This document shows, one piece after another, positions 57,179 through 64,000 of a stretch of DNA of 64,000 nt. The notes beneath the pieces were generated by a model. It made no database searches. It was not told the origin of the DNA and was given only the letters and a program-made list of their open reading frames with translations. Both the position numbers and the translations under genes were made by a program. Numbering within the stretch: the stretch's first letter is position 1; each line of letters begins with the position of its first letter. The stretch comes from Rebecca billardiae RCC1528 (lineage: Eukaryota > Protista > Haptophyta), in the NCBI GenBank assembly GCA_965240325.2, contig OZ251241.1, forward strand, positions 806,001-870,000, in the 5' to 3' direction.

Positions 57179-57330
57179 CATACGACCGCCCTGATCCGCA
57201 TACGACCCGCCATCGTAAGGGAGACTTGCATACTCACCCCGCACATACGACGTGGGTAGTAAATCACGCGTCATTGACTTGCATACCCCCACGCGCACAT
57301 ACGACGCGGGCAGTAGGTCACTCGTGATTG
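57179..57330. repeat. Imperfect ~53-bp tandem duplication plus four CATACGAC motifs
   Basis: GACTTGCATAC at 57223 and 57276; CATACGAC at 57179, 57199, 57244 and 57298. Confidence 0.75.
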
Positions 57331-57632
57331 GCAACCACTGTCATTATGATACCACTCGGCACTCGCTTACCCGTGCGTACGAAAAAACCGGACTCGTGCA
57401 TCCGGAGCGGTTCGTTCTCAGATCAAGCTGGGGCGCCGCGCGCGCGCTGCGCAGGCGAAAGCGGATCTGGAGCACCGCTTGTCTGGAGCCCCCCTTGGTG
57501 ACGGGACGGTCACCAGCCCGGGCGAGAGCGGCAGCGGCCAGAACACTCCGGGCCGCGACTCGGCGCGCCGTGAGTCCCTAGGTCGGGGAGTGTGATCGAG
57601 CGTCACTCTCGCCGCCCTCGCCTCACGCCTCC

Positions 57633-60600
57633 ATGGCGGCGTTCGCCATGGCGGAAGACGCTGATGATTCTGACGGCTCGATGCCCGGCCTCGCGGAGGA
57701 CACGTCGGACGAGTCGGAGGACAACGTGATCACCCCGGCAGCGCCTGTGACGGCTGCCGCGCGGCCGAAGCAGACGCAACCCTCTGTCCCGCCGCCGTCG
57801 GGTCGCGCATCAGACCCGACGGCCGCTGCACCCAAGCCCTCGCAACCAGCGGCTGCCCGCAACGGCGCAACCACCGCCTCTGTCCAGCAGTCGGCGCAAG
57901 AAAGTGATTACGACTCGATGCCCGATCTCGCCGACGGGAGCGATTCGGACGAGAGCGACGACGCTCCTCCGGCGCCGCCCGCGTCGAAGCGCACCGCGAA
58001 CGAGCCTGCGAAGCCAGCTGTGACCGCGGGCAGCGCTGGCGGTGCCGGCGGCAAGGGCGGTGCCGGCGTCGCGAAGGCTGACAACAAGGACGAGAGCGAC
58101 GACGACTCGCTGCCCGGCCTCGTCTCCGACAGTGGCGACGACGAGACCGACGAGGACGATCTGCCACCGCCCAAGCCGCCCAAGGCGGCGCCCGCCCCGC
58201 CGAGCACCGCCAGCGCCGCGACCAAGGGCAACAAGGCCGCGGGCGCGAACGCCAGCAAGCCGACACCCGCGGCGAAGCCGGCGGCGAAGCCCGCGGCGAA
58301 GCCGGCGGCGAAGCCCGAGGCGAAGCCCGCGGCGAAGCCGGCGGCGAAGCCGGCGGCGAAGCCGGCGGCGAAGCCCGCGGCGAAGCCCGCGGCGAAGCCC
58401 GCCGGGCCCGCGCCCGCGCCCGGCAAGGCGGACAAGGGCTGCGACAGCGACTTCGACGACTGCCCCGGTCTCGAGGATTGCTCCGACTCCTCCGACTCCG
58501 ACACTGAGTACAAGCCGCCGCCCGAGGTGCCCAAGGCCAAGAGCGCTGGCGCCAAGCCCGCGGCGTCGGGCCCCGCGAAGAAGGCGCCGCCGCCCACGCC
58601 GCCGCCGATGACCGAGGAGGAGCGCAAGCGCAAGGCGGAGGAGGAGCGTCTGCGGCGCGAGAAGGAGCTGGCCGAGGAGCAGGCGCGGCGCGAGGCGAAC
58701 CGGCTGAAGCTCAAGGAGGAGAACCGGCGGAAGAAGGAGGAGAAGAAGCGGCAGGAGCAGCGCGAGCGCGAGGAGCGCGAGGAGACGCGGCGGCGCGAGC
58801 AGGAGTTCCAGGCCTTCGTCAAGGAGGTGCTCGAGAAGAAGGCCGAGCGCAAGCTGCGCGCCGACCGTGTCGAGCTCGCGCAGAAGCTCAACGACGAGAT
58901 CGAGGGCGTGTTCGGCCGCGGCAAGCTGGCGCGGTACACGTGGAACGTGGGCGCCGAGGGGCGGCGGTACGCGGAGGAGGCTGAGCAGACGGGCAAGGAG
59001 GACCTGTGCATCATCTGCGGCGAGGCCTTCGAGACGGAGGACATCCTGCGCGTGCTGCCGTGCGAGCACCACTTTTGCGAGCATTGTATCGCCGACTGGA
59101 TCCTCGCGCCGACGCGCGACGCGCAGGAGATGAAGAAGGAGAACAAGCAGGTCACGCACGGCGCGGCGAAGGCCAGGTGGGACAACCGGCACCAGTGCCC
59201 CACCTGCCGCAAGCAGATCGAGATCACCGCCTACGCCCGACGCATCATCAACGCCGCGATCGCGCCCACCGCGGGCGCGTCGAGCAGCGGAGGCGGCGGC
59301 GAGCGCGCGTACGCGCATGTCGCCGCCGCGGCGATCGGCGCCTCCACGTCGGCGGGCGCGGGCGCAGCCGCCCGCGCCGCCGCGCCGCCGCCACCCCCGC
59401 CGCCGCCGACCACGGCCCCGCCGCCGCCGCCGCCGCCGCCGCCCACGACGAGCACACCGACCGCCACCACCTCCGCCGCACCCTCGAATGCCGCGGCCGC
59501 CGCGACGCGCGACGCGCACGCCCCGGCCCCGCTCTCGCGCGACGCGCTGCTCGCCTCCTCCGACGACGCGCTGAGCTCCCGCACGACGAGCGTGCACCCT
59601 TCGCCCGTCGGCGCCGCGGCGGGCCTGCACGCCAAGCTCGCCGCCGAGGGCATCAGCTACGTGCTCACGGACGGGCGGCGCGTGCTCGACCCGAGCGTCG
59701 TCTCGCTCGCCAACGGCGTCGGCGTCGACCTGCGCCGTCTGCTCGCGCTGCGCTCGATCGGCTCGGGCACGAAGGCGGCGGACGGCGAGCAGCTGCTGCT
59801 GCGCCTCAAGGACACGCTGGTCAAGCACGGCGACGTCGAGTTCGTCTGGCACCTCCCGCACACCGCCGACGGCCAGATCGCCTCCGCCTACGTTCTGTTC
59901 AAACACGCTAAGTCGGTTAAGCGGGCCGCAGACAAGCTGAGCGCGCTCCGCGCCAACCCGTGGGCGGCCGACGGCTCGCCCAAGCCGCGCGTCGAGCGGC
60001 CCAAGGACCCCGACGCGCTGACGCGAGCGATCGCAGAGCACGACGTCGGCGCGGGCGGGATGATACTGGCGTGGGCCGCGCCACCACCGAGTGACTACGA
60101 CCCGCCGGGAGATTGCATCGAGATCGCGCCCGCACCAGATCCCCCCACCGCCGCCGCCGCCGCCGCAAGCACCGCCGCCTCCACCACTGCTGCCGCCGCG
60201 TCGCAAGGGCCCTCGCCCACCAGAGCCTCCAACGCGAGCGCCAACCGCGGCAGCTCGAGGCACGCCAGTGCCGCCCCCTCGCCGCTCGACGCGCCGCCGC
60301 CGCCCGTCGCTACTCCCGCGGGCGCGTGGGCGGCTCTGGCCGCGCCCTCCGCCTCCGCCATGAACATGCCAGCCGCCCGCACTGCCTCCGCGCCCACCAC
60401 TGCCGCCTCGCGCACCGCCTCCTCGCCCAAGGCCGGGACCAACCCCGCCGCCGCGCTCGCGCACTCGCCCTCGCCGGCCCGCGTCCAGCCGCCACAGCCG
60501 CACGCGCGCGCGGCCGAGGCTGAGGCCACCTCGGCAGAAGACCCGGAGCTCGCCGAGGCGCTGCGACAGATTCAGGCGCTCGAGGCCGCGGAGGCGGCGC

Positions 60601-60745
60601 GCGCGGCGGCGGCGCGCGAGGCGGCGGCGACGACGCGGATGGTGTGCCCGCTGTGCCAGGCGGTGTGCTTCAGCGACCTCGAGATGGAGCAGCACTTCAC
60701 GGCGGTGCACGACGTGAGCTCGCACGAGGAGCAGCAACAGCAGCA

Positions 60746-60784
<39 letters not shown>

Positions 60785-61259
60785 GCCTCCAGACTTCACA
60801 CCGCCGCCGCCGCCGCCGCTCCCGACGACGGCCGACCTCGGCCTCGCGCCGCCACCGCCGCCGCCGCCGCCGCCAGCCTCGGCGGCGATGGCGCCGCCGC
60901 CGCCGCCGCCGCCGCTCGGGACGGCGGCCGCGCCACCGCCGCCGCCGCCGCCGCCGCCCTTAATGGACACGCCGCCGCCGCCGCCGCCGCCCGCCGCGAG
61001 CGCGGCGCTCGACGGCGGGCTGCCGGCCGACGACCCGGAGGCGGTCGCGCGGCTGCGCGGCGCGTTCGAGCAGGACCCGCCGAAGCTCGAGGAGTCGCTG
61101 CCCATGTACTGCTCGCGGATCACCTGCCTGCCCTGCAGCCGGCTCGTCTCGCTCATCATGCCGCTCACCGCCGCCAACCGCGTCGTGATGTTCAACTTTG
61201 GGTTTGAGGACGTGTACGTCGTGATGCACGAGCTCGGCTACTTCAGCTCGGGCAAGTGA
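57633..61259 (+). CDS. RING-finger protein with coiled coil, RRM-like region, UIM-like motif, C2H2 finger and poly-Pro tracts
   Basis: CIIC...LPCEHHFCEHCI..W...CPTCR; EDPELAEALRQ; CPLC...H...H. Confidence 0.85.
58269..58400 (+). repeat. 12-bp coding minisatellite (AAKP)x11
   Basis: GCGGCGAAGCC(C/G) units read directly, one EAKP variant. Confidence 0.95.
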
Positions 61260-61929
61260 CTGTGAGCGCCGCCCGGCGGGCTGTACACTCGTGCTGCTCG
61301 CGCCTCGGGGCGCGCGCCGCGCCTCGCGCGCCGCGGCGTCGCGTTCGGCCCTGTGCACATCGGCCGTCCGCGGCGCCGCGCTGCGCGTGCGCACGGCGCG
61401 CCTCCCTTCGCGAGCGTCCGGCGCAGGCAGCGACGCCTGCGCCCAGTCGGGCTGTCTGTCTCACAGAGATGTGTGTGCGCATGCGCTTGGGGACGGGAGG
61501 GGATGGGCGACGCCCATCGGGGCGAGCCGGCACGGTCGCGGCCGTGCCTCTCGCTGCAAGCTCAGAAGCTGGCTGCGCCAGCACAACACGACCACGTCTA
61601 ACTACGTCATCGTTTACTGTCTGCTGAGTTCCCGGAGCTTGGGAGTTGGGAGTGGGGTCGGCGTGTGCCACATGTACGTCGTCCGTCATCCGGCGGAGTC
61701 GGTCGTCGGACGAGACTGGATGACTGCTACTAGCTAACTATATATACCGCCCGCGTTTTTAGCCTTATACTTAGAATTCGTAGCAGTATCACTAGCAATA
61801 TATAGTAGCTATACGACTATACTATTGACTGGCTCCGGCTTCGGTGCCTTCGGTCCACTATAAGCTAAGTTAGCAGGCACTATATATTATTAACTAACCC
61901 CCCCAGCTCCGTTACGTCTTGGCCCCGAG

Positions 61930-63722
61930 TAGGGGGTCCAGGCCCTCAGCCTAGCGGTTGGGGATATTCGACAGGCCTGCCATGTAGGTGTCTGTCGAGG
62001 CTGTCGCCTGTTGAAGTGCCCTCTAGTATGCCCCCCAGCCCAGCCCAGCCGTCAGAAGCACTCAAAACCGACTCCGCGTGCCGTCGCGCCGTCGTGCGGG
62101 CGCGCTGCCGGCCACTTAGTGTCACATAGAGATTCAGCGAAGTGGTACCCACCCGTGATGGCGGCTAGATGACGGAATGCGGTCGGTAGTACTTATTGAC
62201 AACCGTTGCCACTCAGTCGAATGAATTTATGATGCAGCGACTGCATATTTGGCGCACCATGCTGGGCGCGTAGAAATTCAGGAGAAACAGCAGCAAGATC
62301 GAGCATGTTACCCATTTAAATACAGGTAGGTACCCGTAAATATGAGCATGTGTGTACCCGTACATACTAACGGTCGATGCGAGTCCATATGTATTCAAAT
62401 CAATGTCTATATATGTGGGTACGTTCGAATACGGGCGCCGGAGATGAATATGCGGGCTCGGTCGCAACACTCGACTCAGCCGGCACCGGCGCCGCGTCGC
62501 CAGTCGTCCTACCCCAGCCCATGAGCCCATGCGAGGCCACCACCGGTCTACGATTACCGCGGCTGCAGCGCCCAGCCACCGAGGCGGCCTCCGGCTCCGG
62601 CTCGGCGAGCTGCTCGGCGGCGAGCTTCGCGCTCTCTGACTCTGCTGCCACGCCCGCCGTGCTCACCGCCTTGACCATAGTGCGGTCCGCGCGCTGCTCC
62701 GCTGTGATCGCCGCCAGATCCTCACGCCGCGCCTTGGCCTCGGATGTGCCTGCGCGGCTGTTGGCGGCCGTGATGGCGCCGGCGGGCTCGGCGTCGCGCG
62801 CCTGCTCCGCGGTGAGCGTGACGTCCGTGCGCGTTCTTTGCTTCGCACATCCGTGCTGCAGCCCCACTATCCAGGCGTGCGCCTCGGCCGTGCACAGAGA
62901 ACAGGCAGGGCCAAGGAAGCGGCCACTCGAGGCGGAACGCGAGAGATTCAAACCAGTAGTGCACCACCTTCTTGTTCAACAGGCCATCCTTGCCGAGCTG
63001 GGTCCATCCTGAGCGCCGTGGCGTTCTCGTGTGCCTTGAGTTGTTGCCAGAGCGCGCGGACATCGCCCAGCGAGAGGAGGTTGATGCGCTCGCGCAGCCG
63101 GCACCGGTAAGAAACTAGCGGCAGGCATCGTGATGATTACATTCAGCGTCTCGGCGTCGGAGAGAGGCGGCACACGCGACGGCGCGCGCTCGCCAACGCC
63201 TGCATGAGTGAATGCGGCAGTGGAAAGCATGCGTGCGGGAGTACCGCGGGGCCATCAGGGGGGCAGGTACGTGCGCAGGAACGCTACACATGGAAGGAGT
63301 ATGTGTTGGGGACCGCGTATGCGCACCGTATGCGTGCGCGGCGCGCGCGCATCACCTGCAAGGGGAGCACCCTCCTCCATCTCGAGCGCATGAGCCAGCT
63401 TGAACGCACTGGCACGCGTGCAACCTCGCGGTTTCAATGTCCGACGCCGGCGACCGATATGTCCGGGGACTTCATGGTGGTCACGTAGACTCGCTCGATC
63501 GGGCGCTCTCGACGCTCGTACGCGCTCTGTCGCGCCGAGGCGACGGTGGTGGTGACCGTCCAGTCGTGCATCTCCGTCGCCGCCAGCCCACTGAACAGCC
63601 CGACCCGGCAGCTCGCCGCGTACGCTCGCGGCGCTCGAATTTATGGCGAAACTCGCGCTCACTCCACTTGAAAACCCGTCGAGGCATTTTTTCGATTTTA
63701 TTTTGGTGTGCTGGACCCCCTA
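61930..63722 (+). mobile_element. Non-autonomous TIR DNA element, TAGG family copy 3, with 7-bp TSD CCCCGAG
   Basis: 12-bp TIR TAGGGGGTCCAG...CTGGACCCCCTA; CCCCGAG at 61923-61929 and 63723-63729. Confidence 0.88.
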
Positions 63723-64000
63723 CCCCGAGCCGAAGTCAACCAAGCGGACCATGCAGCAGAGTCCCTTCCGACCACCGAGTATTGATGACTTCAACAGCAG
63801 AGAAATGCTGTCGCATCTATCACTCGCATCCGATTACACCTACTCCTGGAATAGGTTCAGACTCTAATTTTACTATGTAATTACGCGTCCCTTACTCAGA
63901 TTTCAACACAGTCCGGGAGCGCGTTCCGGACACCTGTATATACATATGCGCATCAAAATATACCCGGACTGGGTATTCAGTTATATAGAAAATAGAGTCT

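Overview
GC-rich, compact eukaryotic nuclear DNA with short spliceosomal introns (mostly GTGCG...CGCAG, one probable GC-AG). It is most consistent with a haptophyte alga such as Pavlovales; that assignment is inferred from composition, splice style and a signal-peptide-bearing plastid Rieske protein. About 23 protein genes are supportable. Recognisable ones are seryl-tRNA synthetase with an unusual C-terminal extension, centrin, a membrane-anchored esterase, UBA3, MND1, a cyclophilin split by an OmpA-like domain, GTP cyclohydrolase II beside a membrane-GT4 fusion, SCCPDH, an 18-aa repeat protein, V-ATPase c, an NPC1/Patched protein, a RIF1-like protein, NIFK, a PetC-like Rieske, PRKRIP1, CDK10, LSM1 and a RING protein. 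Many lie in tight head-to-head pairs. Intergenic DNA holds three diverged ~1.8-2.0 kb non-autonomous TIR elements with TAGG(T)GGGTCC ends and a young 1,080-bp foldback/MULE-like element (398-bp TIRs, 9-bp TSD). It also holds four copies of a 45-58-nt repeat sharing one fixed end (two form a hairpin), a non-LTR retrotransposon relic, and palindrome-rich spacers. No rRNA, tRNA or CRISPR array was found. All homology calls are by-eye motif recognition, not database searches.
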